Source: an uncultured Spirochaetaceae bacterium
GTDB lineage: Bacteria > Spirochaetota > Spirochaetia > DSM-27196 > SKKC01
Reading direction: 5' to 3'
Length of the DNA stretch: 64,000 nt
Assembly: GCA_964565375.1 (NCBI GenBank)
Contig: CAZMEV010000001.1
Location: 1,638 to 65,637 of the forward strand
Position numbers and translations under genes: made by a program. The notes beneath the pieces are model-generated. The model worked only from the letters and a program-made list of their open reading frames with translations. It did no database searches and had not been told where the DNA came from. This document shows, one piece after another, positions 55,330-63,267 of the stretch. Position 1 is the first letter of the stretch, and every line of letters starts with the position of its first letter.

Positions 55330-57086
55330 AGCTGCGAGCGTAGTGGATTTGTTTCTGAAACACCAGCCACGCCAAGCGTGCTTGCTACATCACCAAGCAG
55401 GGCGTTCATTTCTTCCATAGTACTGATCCGCGTCATATCTTCGGCGATACCCCGGCACCACGCTTCATCGAGCCGGTCGATGTGCTCGGCGGTCGCGGTG
55501 AGCTGTCCTGGTGCCACACTCACCGCATTCACACCGATCCCGCGGTAGAATGGCAGCAGGAGCGGGTCAGAGGCGGCCTCTCCGCATACCGAAACCGGGA
55601 CGGTGGCCTTCCGCGCACCCACTACGATGCGCCGCACGGTCCGTGCGATCACCGGATGACGTGTGCGATACAGATCCGTAAGGCGGGCATTCGTGCGGTC
55701 GACAGCCAGCATGTACATGACCAGATCGTTCATGCCGATGGACAGGAAATCTGTCTCGGCGGCGAGTTCCTCAGCGACGACCGCCGCAGAGGGGATCTCG
55801 ATCATGGCACCGAGTCTGGGAGCCGCGTTGTGGGAGAGCTCCTCGTCTTCGAGTTCGGCGATGCACCGGTTAAGTTCCCCGCGGGCTTCGCGTACTTCCT
55901 CAACGGTGGAAACCATGGGAAGCATGATATGAAGGTCGGCATCCGGCGCTGCACGGAGCATTGCCCGCAACTGAGTGCGGAACATTGGTCTGTTTGCGAG
56001 CGAAAACCGTATACCGCGAACGCCAAGAAACGGATTGTCCTCGGGCACTTCGCCGGCGAGGAGTTTATCGCCGCCTATGTCCGCGGTACGGAGCGTGACC
56101 TGGCGTTCGGGAAAGAGCGCAACGATATGACGATACATGCGCATCTGCGTTTCCTCATCGACCTGGCCCTGGCGAATAATGAACGGAAACTCGCTTCTGT
56201 ACAGGCCAATGCCCTCGGCAAGGTCTCGGGCTGCGTACGCGTCGGCAAGAATGTTTACGCTTGCAAGCAGACGCATCCCGCGGGTGCGTGTATGGAACTC
56301 GATCTGGCGGTCGACGGAGTCCTGGATGCTCTGTGAGCGGTTTACCCGGCATGCACGATCTTGCTCGCTCTCGTGCCCGATAGGAAGAATATGCCCACGG
56401 TCACCGTCGAGCGTCACAGTCGTCTCATTGGGTACACTGAGAATCTCGCGCGTTGAGGTAGTTATTACAGGAATCCCCAGCGATCGCGCCAGAATAGACA
56501 GATGTGCGGTGAGCGGAATGTTCACGAGCACAACACCGGCAGCGCCGTCTACGGCGAGCCGCAGCAGCTCCGATGGAAAGACATCGGTGAGTACCACGAT
56601 GCGCCCTGAAACAAATGCCCGCTCAGGCGGTTCGGCCGACAGGTTGGTCAGCAACCGGTAACCGAGATCACGTACGTCTTCCGATTTCTCAGCGGTGCGG
56701 TCATTGTCCCGACTGCAAAAGGCCTGAACGAAGGTTTCGATCGTGTTCGTCACAGCTCGCTCGGGAGCCATGCCTTCGCTGACAAGTCTCTGGATTTCGC
56801 CCGAAAAACTCTCATCCTCCAGCATGAGAAGATGGGCGCGAAAGACCAGTTCCACAATGTCGCTGAACCGGTTACCGCCGTCTTCTATGAGCTCGGTAAG
56901 CTGTTCACGGGTACGTGTGAACGCCCGTTGCAGGCGCTCGACGGCGGCATTACTCGATGAGTCTTCCGGCGCAGCGGCCGGTTCATGGCGGTGCGGATCC
57001 TGGTCGAATTGCAGAAGCGGACCGACGGCACTGCCCTGGGAGAGCGAGATACCTCTGATTGGTGCTGTTCGTTTATCAGACCCCAC
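55326..57086 (-). CDS. ptsI: Phosphoenolpyruvate-protein phosphotransferase (PTS enzyme I-like, PEP-utilising enzyme)
   Basis: Phospho-His loop LTAHLSILARSLGIPVI and PEP-binding TIM barrel motifs LYRSEFPFI, IGGDK, GMNDLVMYMLAVDR, VCGEAASDP. The symbol denotes the family only; I saw no HPr or EII gene nearby. Confidence 0.8.
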   Translation of the reverse strand: MGSDKRTAPIRGISLSQGSAVGPLLQFDQDPHRHEPAAAPEDSSSNAAVERLQRAFTRTREQLTELIEDGGNRFSDIVELVFRAHLLMLEDESFSGEIQRLVSEGMAPERAVTNTIETFVQAFCSRDNDRTAEKSEDVRDLGYRLLTNLSAEPPERAFVSGRIVVLTDVFPSELLRLAVDGAAGVVLVNIPLTAHLSILARSLGIPVITTSTREILSVPNETTVTLDGDRGHILPIGHESEQDRACRVNRSQSIQDSVDRQIEFHTRTRGMRLLASVNILADAYAARDLAEGIGLYRSEFPFIIRQGQVDEETQMRMYRHIVALFPERQVTLRTADIGGDKLLAGEVPEDNPFLGVRGIRFSLANRPMFRTQLRAMLRAAPDADLHIMLPMVSTVEEVREARGELNRCIAELEDEELSHNAAPRLGAMIEIPSAAVVAEELAAETDFLSIGMNDLVMYMLAVDRTNARLTDLYRTRHPVIARTVRRIVVGARKATVPVSVCGEAASDPLLLPFYRGIGVNAVSVAPGQLTATAEHIDRLDEAWCRGIAEDMTRISTMEEMNALLGDVASTLGVAGVSETNPLRSQL

Positions 57087-57099
57087 GATACTTCAAATG

Positions 57100-58452
57100 C
57101 TACGCCGTCGGTTTTCGGTCGGTCAACCGAGACTTTCGCTTCTTTCCCGGGACGCCGGAGGGGCTACGGCTGCTCGCTCTGCCGACGACACGGGAAACCA
57201 TCAGACTAAGATATTTGTGAACGAGGCGAAACGGACGAAGCACAATGTGAAGCGGGCGCAGTGCGGGAGGAAGAGGCCAGAGGTCCTGTTCGCGGTCGGT
57301 AGGTTGTGTTATGTGGGCAAGGACGGCGGGAAGGTACGCGAACCGGTCGGCGGTCTGCTCGCGGCTTTGAAGGTATGCGGCGGTGCGGGCGATCGGATTT
57401 TCGCGGCTTGTTCCGTCGAATGCCCGAATTCGTTCCGCCGCTTTCCGGGCCAAGGCGCGTGCATGGGGGTCGGTCGCCGCCCGTTCGAGCAGCTCGTCGG
57501 CAATGGGCGCGTCGAGCAGGGAAAAGGCGAGTAGAATACCAGTGTGAAGCAGACGGAGCGTGCCCGTCGCCCTCGCGCGGGCGTGGAGCTCGCGGCACAT
57601 CTCGGGCGTCAGGCGCGCGGTAAGAACCGCAATATCACAGACCATATACAGGCGCATCCAGTCATGCTTGCCCCCGTGATGCGCGGCGAGATATACGATC
57701 TCGTCGGTCGGATCGAGCGCTCGAACATCCCTGCCCATAATTTCGACCGTGGTCGCGCGCGCGATCGCCGCTTCCGGGTCAAGCCCGAACGCCACGTCCG
57801 GGGGAAGAAACCGCCAATGCAGCTCTACGTGAATTCCGGTACGCGGATGGTCCAGATTGTACTCGCAGTTATCGACGAGAAGCCGTCCGAGCGGGCGTGC
57901 AGCCGACGCAGCCTCGGCGATATAGCCGTCGTTTCGAAGTATTTCTATGGCATCCCGAATGGTCGCCGGAGGCAGCAGAAAATCGAGATCCCGGAAAGAC
58001 CGACGCAGTATACTCCCGTAGCCGCGCTCGGCGAGCGCCGGGCCCTTCATGACCGCGGCCCGGATCCCGCACGCCTCGAAACGCGCGAGAATCCGCAGCA
58101 GCTCCAGCGTCATTCCGAGCACATACCGTCTGTCGGCCCGGGCGGGTGACTGCGGATCTTCGTGAAGTCCGGCAACTCCATGAAGATTTTTAAGGTTGAT
58201 GTATTCCTCTTCGTCGCCGGCGTGAGTCGCGGATTTCGCGTTCCCGCGAAATCCCAGGTCCGATGCGCTTTCACAGAGCAGGCGTTCGAACGTTCCGTTT
58301 CCGGCCACCGCCCGGGAGCGAACCGAGGCCCGGATTGCCCGAAAACGCCCGTTCGCTCCGACGGCGATCGGGCATTGATCCGGATTCCCGGCCGACCCTG
58401 ACGCTCCGGTCGTTGGTGCGGGCAGGTGCCAGGCGGCTACTTCCGGTCTCAT
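57100..58452 (-). CDS. Nucleotidyltransferase-family protein (uncharacterised NTase type often seen in RiPP clusters)
   Basis: ILARFEACGIRAAVMKGPALAE...FRDLDFLLP...GIHVELHW pattern of minimal NTase-fold proteins. I chose ATG 58452 because it forms an ATGA overlap with the ABC exporter stop. Confidence 0.65.
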   Translation of the reverse strand: MRPEVAAWHLPAPTTGASGSAGNPDQCPIAVGANGRFRAIRASVRSRAVAGNGTFERLLCESASDLGFRGNAKSATHAGDEEEYINLKNLHGVAGLHEDPQSPARADRRYVLGMTLELLRILARFEACGIRAAVMKGPALAERGYGSILRRSFRDLDFLLPPATIRDAIEILRNDGYIAEAASAARPLGRLLVDNCEYNLDHPRTGIHVELHWRFLPPDVAFGLDPEAAIARATTVEIMGRDVRALDPTDEIVYLAAHHGGKHDWMRLYMVCDIAVLTARLTPEMCRELHARARATGTLRLLHTGILLAFSLLDAPIADELLERAATDPHARALARKAAERIRAFDGTSRENPIARTAAYLQSREQTADRFAYLPAVLAHITQPTDREQDLWPLPPALRPLHIVLRPFRLVHKYLSLMVSRVVGRASSRSPSGVPGKKRKSRLTDRKPTA

Positions 58453-60404
58453 ACCGGCACTCCCTGCAGCTGATTCAACTGCATGCGGTACATGGTTTCG
58501 TACAATCCTCCGCGTGCGCACAGCTCCTCGTGGGTTCCCTCTTCGGTTATACGGCCGTCGCGCATGACATAGATCCGGTCGGCCATGCGCGCGGCTGCCG
58601 CCCGGTGGGTTACCAGAAGGACGCTGCGGTGCTCGGCCCAGAGACGAATCGTAGCAAGGAGCCGGGCCTCGGAGTCCGGATCAAGCCCACTTGTCGGCTC
58701 GTCGAGAATCGCGAAGCTCGAGTCGCGGTAGAAGGTCCGCGCGAGTGCGAGCTTCTTCCACTGGCCTCCACTCGGTTCAATGCCTTCCTCAAGAAATCTT
58801 CCGAGCTGTGTCTTCCACCCCGAGGGCAGCGACGCAATGAAGCTTCCGGCACACGCGGAATCAGCGGCGGCGTCGAGCGCCGTGCGGTCGGGCGGTCTGT
58901 CGCTTCGGCCGAACCAGAGATTCTCCTCGGCGGTGTAGTGATACTGCGCGTAGTCCTGGAACAGGGCGGTTATCGAGTTCCACCAGAGATCTTTCGGTAT
59001 GCCGGAAAGCGGCGTGTCGCCGTAGCGGATCGTTCCCCGGTCGGGCTCGTAGAAGCCGCAGGCGAGTTTCATGAGTGTGGATTTGCCGGCCCCGTTGTCG
59101 CCGACGAGGGCCACAAGCTCCCCGGGGCCCATCGACAGCGATACGCGGTCGAGCACAAGGCGATCGGTTCCGGGGTAGGAGAAGGAGACATCCCGGAGCG
59201 TCAGCGGGGCCGGCCGGACACGGGCCGCGTTATGAGCGTTGCTGCCGCGGGTACTCCGGGTGGACGTCGCGGCGCCGGACTCCGGTTCGTCGGCCGGTGT
59301 CCGCGTATTTGCGGCGCCGTCGTCGGTGGGAAGACGAAGGAACTCGAATACGGTTGCGAGAAAGAGGTTGCTTTCGTACAGTCCGTTAACAGCTCCCGAC
59401 AGTTCACTTGCGAGTGCCTGGCCCTTCTGCACCGCCTGCAGAAGCAGTACGAAATCGCCGAGCGTCGTTTCGCCGCGCAGCGCCGCTAACGCCACGACGG
59501 CCACAACGGCGAAAACGACAAGTGTCTGAAGGGAATAGGCGATTGCTTCTCCCTTGGATCGGGCCGCTGCGAGCGCGAGACGCTCCCCGCGAAGCTCGTT
59601 GCGTTTCTCCGCCGAGCGGCGTGCGAGCAGACGGCCAAGGCCGAAAAGCCGAAGCTCCTTGGCGTGTTCCCGTCCGGTGAGAAGCCAGTTAAGGTAGACC
59701 ACGTGGCGCTCGGCCGACGTGCGTCGCATTCGCCAGCGGTAATGGCGACGTGAGTGAAGCACACGTGCGAGCACGAGCGGCAGCGAGGCAACGAGCAGGG
59801 CGGGAAGGCCGTACCACGGAAGGACGGCGATAAGGATAACCGCGATGCCCGCAAGCGAAAGTCCGGTGCGAAGCAGAAGCATAAGCTCGTCTACAACCTG
59901 CGTCGGGCGAAACGGAGCCTCCTCCTGGGCCCGGTGTAACGCGTCAAAGAATGCCGGGCGCTCGTAGTACGTCAGCGGGACATCTATCGATTTCGCATGG
60001 ATTCGTGACTGTATGAAATCCCCGAGTGTGTGTGCCTGCATTTCCCGGACGTACAGTGCGGCTGATTTCAGAATCATCGAGACGATCGTGGCCCCTGCGG
60101 CGATAGCAATAAGGCCGAGCACGCGCGCCCCGGTGGTCTCAAGCCATGCGTTTGATCCGGGAAACGAGGTTACTCCCTCGGTTATGGTATTGACGATCAG
60201 ACGGACTACGTACAGCGGAACGAGCGGAACGAGCGCCTGCGCGGTGACCACGCACATCGAGAGCAGGGTGACGCCGGGAGCACTTTGCCACACCAGCGAA
60301 AGCGCTTGGAGAAGGTGAAAGCGTCCGCCGTTGCTGGTTACGGTCGTGCGAGCCGCAGTCGACGGTTCGTCCGGCTTTGCGGAGCGAAACCCTTCCGCGC
60401 TCAT
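58449..60404 (-). CDS. Fused TMD-NBD ABC exporter (lasso-peptide D-type candidate)
   Basis: Six N-terminal TM segments, Walker A GDNGAGKST, signature PSGGQWKKLALA, Walker B FAILDEPTSGLD. ATGA overlaps on both sides. Confidence 0.9.
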   Translation of the reverse strand: MSAEGFRSAKPDEPSTAARTTVTSNGGRFHLLQALSLVWQSAPGVTLLSMCVVTAQALVPLVPLYVVRLIVNTITEGVTSFPGSNAWLETTGARVLGLIAIAAGATIVSMILKSAALYVREMQAHTLGDFIQSRIHAKSIDVPLTYYERPAFFDALHRAQEEAPFRPTQVVDELMLLLRTGLSLAGIAVILIAVLPWYGLPALLVASLPLVLARVLHSRRHYRWRMRRTSAERHVVYLNWLLTGREHAKELRLFGLGRLLARRSAEKRNELRGERLALAAARSKGEAIAYSLQTLVVFAVVAVVALAALRGETTLGDFVLLLQAVQKGQALASELSGAVNGLYESNLFLATVFEFLRLPTDDGAANTRTPADEPESGAATSTRSTRGSNAHNAARVRPAPLTLRDVSFSYPGTDRLVLDRVSLSMGPGELVALVGDNGAGKSTLMKLACGFYEPDRGTIRYGDTPLSGIPKDLWWNSITALFQDYAQYHYTAEENLWFGRSDRPPDRTALDAAADSACAGSFIASLPSGWKTQLGRFLEEGIEPSGGQWKKLALARTFYRDSSFAILDEPTSGLDPDSEARLLATIRLWAEHRSVLLVTHRAAAARMADRIYVMRDGRITEEGTHEELCARGGLYETMYRMQLNQLQGVPV

Positions 60405-61474
60405 CCTCGACTCCGGTTCATTGAGCTGCAGGTACTGCCTTCGCGGCTCGAACCGCTTGAATGCCGGACATTTCTCACAACGTCGAAGGGCTCAGACAAC
60501 ACTCGTGAGTCTGCGGCGGAACCACGGAGATCGGCGGTCAGGATCTCGGCGACCGATGGAAGTGCGTCATATCCTGTCGGGTAGCGAAGGCGCATTACCG
60601 GAACGTGTTCCACCAGCGTTGAGAACCGGTGGAATCTCCTCTCGCGAAGCGAGTGAAGATCGCTGACGAGCTCCGCGAGGAACGCCGACCGGATAAGCCC
60701 GATAATCGCGACCCCGGGCGGAATGCGTTCGAGTTCTACCGCGCTGCCGGGTTGCCGGCGATCGAGAAGATAGATACGGTGCACAGGTCGCGCAGATGTT
60801 TCGAACGATCCAAGATCGCGAGCCGGTACACTGAGCTTCCCGTATCCCGGATGAACTCGCGTGTAGCCTTCGCATGTACCCACGAACAGTTCAGCCTGCT
60901 CGGGCGTCAACTTGATCTGCGGAAACGCCGGGCGACAACAGGTGTATCCTCCGCACGGTTCAACGGCAGCAATGTCGTCCCCGAGCAGGGAGAAGCCTCG
61001 ATTGAGAAGGGAAGCAACAAGGGTGCTTTTGCCGCCGCCCCGATCGGCAAGAAACAGCGCTGCCCGGCCATCGAGTGCGAGCGCCCCACCGTGAAGTGCC
61101 GGTATTCCCGACCGCTCGAGATACCATGCCAGCACATGACCGAGCAGACAGATTTCGACCATATGCGCGAGCGACGGCTTGTGAAGCGCGCAGGTAATAC
61201 GTCCCGGATACAGCGAAAAATCCGCTATTCGCGGGAATCGCATACGGTGTCCGGCCGGAATCGAGTAAACCGAAACCGCTGCTTCGCCGTATCGGTTCGT
61301 CTCCCGGGACGCCGCGATACGCATTTCCTGTGAATCGAACGGAAGGTGAGTACCGAAACTGCATTCAAAGATAAGGTCGACCGGTGCGCCGGAATCGGCA
61401 CGGTGCATCGGTGTCCTGAACTCATACTCCGTTTCCACGCACATGCCGAAAAGCAGCACCTTCCTTCTGTTCAC
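60401..61474 (-). CDS. HPr kinase/phosphorylase-like serine kinase (RiPP tailoring kinase candidate)
   Basis: LHGGALALDGRAALFLADRGGGKSTLVASLLNRGFSLLGDDI matches the P-loop core of the HprK C-terminal domain. It lacks the HprK N-terminal domain. Confidence 0.75.
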   Translation of the reverse strand: MNRRKVLLFGMCVETEYEFRTPMHRADSGAPVDLIFECSFGTHLPFDSQEMRIAASRETNRYGEAAVSVYSIPAGHRMRFPRIADFSLYPGRITCALHKPSLAHMVEICLLGHVLAWYLERSGIPALHGGALALDGRAALFLADRGGGKSTLVASLLNRGFSLLGDDIAAVEPCGGYTCCRPAFPQIKLTPEQAELFVGTCEGYTRVHPGYGKLSVPARDLGSFETSARPVHRIYLLDRRQPGSAVELERIPPGVAIIGLIRSAFLAELVSDLHSLRERRFHRFSTLVEHVPVMRLRYPTGYDALPSVAEILTADLRGSAADSRVLSEPFDVVRNVRHSSGSSREGSTCSSMNRSRG

Positions 61475-62865
61475 GATACATTTCCTTCATGCATGGGGTC
61501 CTCAATCTGTTCCTCGGGGAACGATTCGCAACAACGATCGGCGCTGTCGGACGAACGGAATTCGAGGAGACCGAATTCGGACAGTTCCGTGAGCAGGTTT
61601 TCTACATCATGGCATACCGTTTCACGGTCTCCCTGATACTGCGACAGAATCTCATCCACACACCCGTCGACGTTCCCATGCCGGATAATTCCGTACCACA
61701 TGGAAACGGCGCTTCCGCTCAGTTCGAAGTAGTCGACCGCGCCCGGCCGACCTTCGGATCGCGGCGTAATACGGGCAAGCTGAAGCCCCTGGTCCGACGG
61801 GCACCATACGACCCCGTCAGCCGCTCTAATCGACCCGTTTCCGCCGTGAATAAGATCCGGTGTCGTTTTTGACAGCGTTTCGAGTTCCTCGACACCGTTT
61901 AATTCCGCACGGCGGATTCGAAGCCGGTTCGATAGGCATCGATTCGCCGGCGCAAGATACCACCCGTCCTCGATTTCCCCGGTTTCCTGGTTCCAGGCCC
62001 GGCTGTCGGGTTCATGCCAGGCGAACGACACATACTCGGGAATGCCGATCCAGTAGGCGTCGGTGAACATCCTGCTTCGTTCCGCATACCACTCCGGATA
62101 GCGGTTCACGAAGCGTGCAGGCGCGAGATCCTCGAGTGGGTGTGCCGTTATGCACGCCTGAACCGCCGGTTCGTTCTCTTCGATCGACCGACACAGATCT
62201 GTCGGCGCAAAAAAGGGACAGAAAACGATGCCGCCTCCAGCCTGCAATGGCTCCGGCGGGGCGTTGCCTGCGTCGGACCTGTGCATCGCTCGCAGTGTTT
62301 CCCGGAAACGAATCCCCGAAAGCGCGCAGTCGTCCACGATACAGATAGTTCTGTCGTTTTTCGGAATATTCCGGGTGCCCGCGATGAATATCTGATCCGG
62401 CTTCAAATCGAGAATGTAGGCGAGCAGCCCCATGACCACGATTCCGCCCCGGGGCATTGCCGCGAAGTTCCAGCTGTGAATCTCTTTATTTCCGAAGCGG
62501 GCGATAAGAATGTCCGCCAGACCGAGTGCGGCCGCCTCGGCGTCGCCGTACTCGACGAAGGTATGCCTCGGAAGAATTTCTTCAAGTGTTTCCCTGAGTG
62601 TGATCAGTTGTCCGGTGTGTCCGGGTACATCCGGTGCGAACACGGCGAGCAGCGGTGATGGAGCGGGGCGTGCGACCAGACGCAACCCCTCCATGCGTTT
62701 CCAGGCAGCGTTTGCCTGTATTGTCATACAGAGGGCCCGAAGTCCGCTCTCAACCGAGTCAGCGGCCGTGAAATCGAGAAGGTGCTCGACGGCACACGTG
62801 CCGTCGAGCAGGGGAACAACGTGGAACGGGGGTGGCGTGGTATCTGCGGTATTCACAGGACTCAC
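61471..62865 (-). CDS. Fusion protein: phosphoribosyltransferase-like domain plus a C-terminal PqqD-like RiPP recognition element
   Basis: PRTase motifs MPRGGIVVMGLLA and ICIVDDCALSGIRF. The C-terminal ~90 aa VDYFELSGSAVSMWYGIIRHGNVDGCVDEILSQYQGDRETVCHDVENLLTELSEFGLLEF read as PqqD. The start may be GTG 62865 or GTG 62856. Confidence 0.65.
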   Translation of the reverse strand: MSPVNTADTTPPPFHVVPLLDGTCAVEHLLDFTAADSVESGLRALCMTIQANAAWKRMEGLRLVARPAPSPLLAVFAPDVPGHTGQLITLRETLEEILPRHTFVEYGDAEAAALGLADILIARFGNKEIHSWNFAAMPRGGIVVMGLLAYILDLKPDQIFIAGTRNIPKNDRTICIVDDCALSGIRFRETLRAMHRSDAGNAPPEPLQAGGGIVFCPFFAPTDLCRSIEENEPAVQACITAHPLEDLAPARFVNRYPEWYAERSRMFTDAYWIGIPEYVSFAWHEPDSRAWNQETGEIEDGWYLAPANRCLSNRLRIRRAELNGVEELETLSKTTPDLIHGGNGSIRAADGVVWCPSDQGLQLARITPRSEGRPGAVDYFELSGSAVSMWYGIIRHGNVDGCVDEILSQYQGDRETVCHDVENLLTELSEFGLLEFRSSDSADRCCESFPEEQIEDPMHEGNVS

Positions 62866-62903
62866 TCCGCAGCAATATAGCCTGCAGTGTGAATGGTGTG
62901 CAG

Positions 62904-63098
62904 TTACCTGCCGCCGGCGTTCGTAATACTGCCGGACTCACGCCCGCGCGCTTGTCCGGGAAGAAGATCCGAGCCGGGATTTGTCTGTCCGACCTGTGTC
63001 AGTTCGGCAATAGACCCCCAGCGCCTGAGACGCGGGCTCGTGTACGGTTTGCGTACCGAGTCACGGGACAAGCCTGACGTTTGATCTGTCATGGACAT
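62904..63098 (-). CDS. Lasso-peptide precursor candidate (64 aa from ATG 63098; 62 aa from ATG 63092)
   Basis: AGGAGG lies just upstream of the ATGs at 63098 and 63092. The leader contains Y-T-S-P-R-L-R-R-W-G-S-I-A-E-L-T-Q, an exact fit to YxxPxLx3Gx5Tx. It is followed by VGQTNPGSD..., with an Asp positioned for an 8- or 9-residue macrolactam. The ORF sits between the cyclase and RRE genes. Confidence 0.7.
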   Translation of the reverse strand: MSMTDQTSGLSRDSVRKPYTSPRLRRWGSIAELTQVGQTNPGSDLLPGQARGRESGSITNAGGR

Positions 63099-63267
63099 GG
63101 TCCTCCTCGTAAACACGATTAACATGTCCCCTCGCGGACATTCTCACAATACTGCGGAAGTATGATTTTGCGGGTATCGATGGTTGGTATAATCGCTCAT
63201 TCTTTCGGTGATGCCGGGCGGTGAATCACGACCTGACGGTTAGTCCCTTCTCATGCCGTCCGCGGCG

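Noticed and set aside
54496-59489. 350-aa (54496..55548, +) and 408-aa (58263..59489, +) ORFs opposite the HD/PtsI and NTase/ABC genes
   Set aside because: They are antisense to genes with strong catalytic motifs (HD, Walker A/B). Their compositions are Arg/Gly/Pro-biased.
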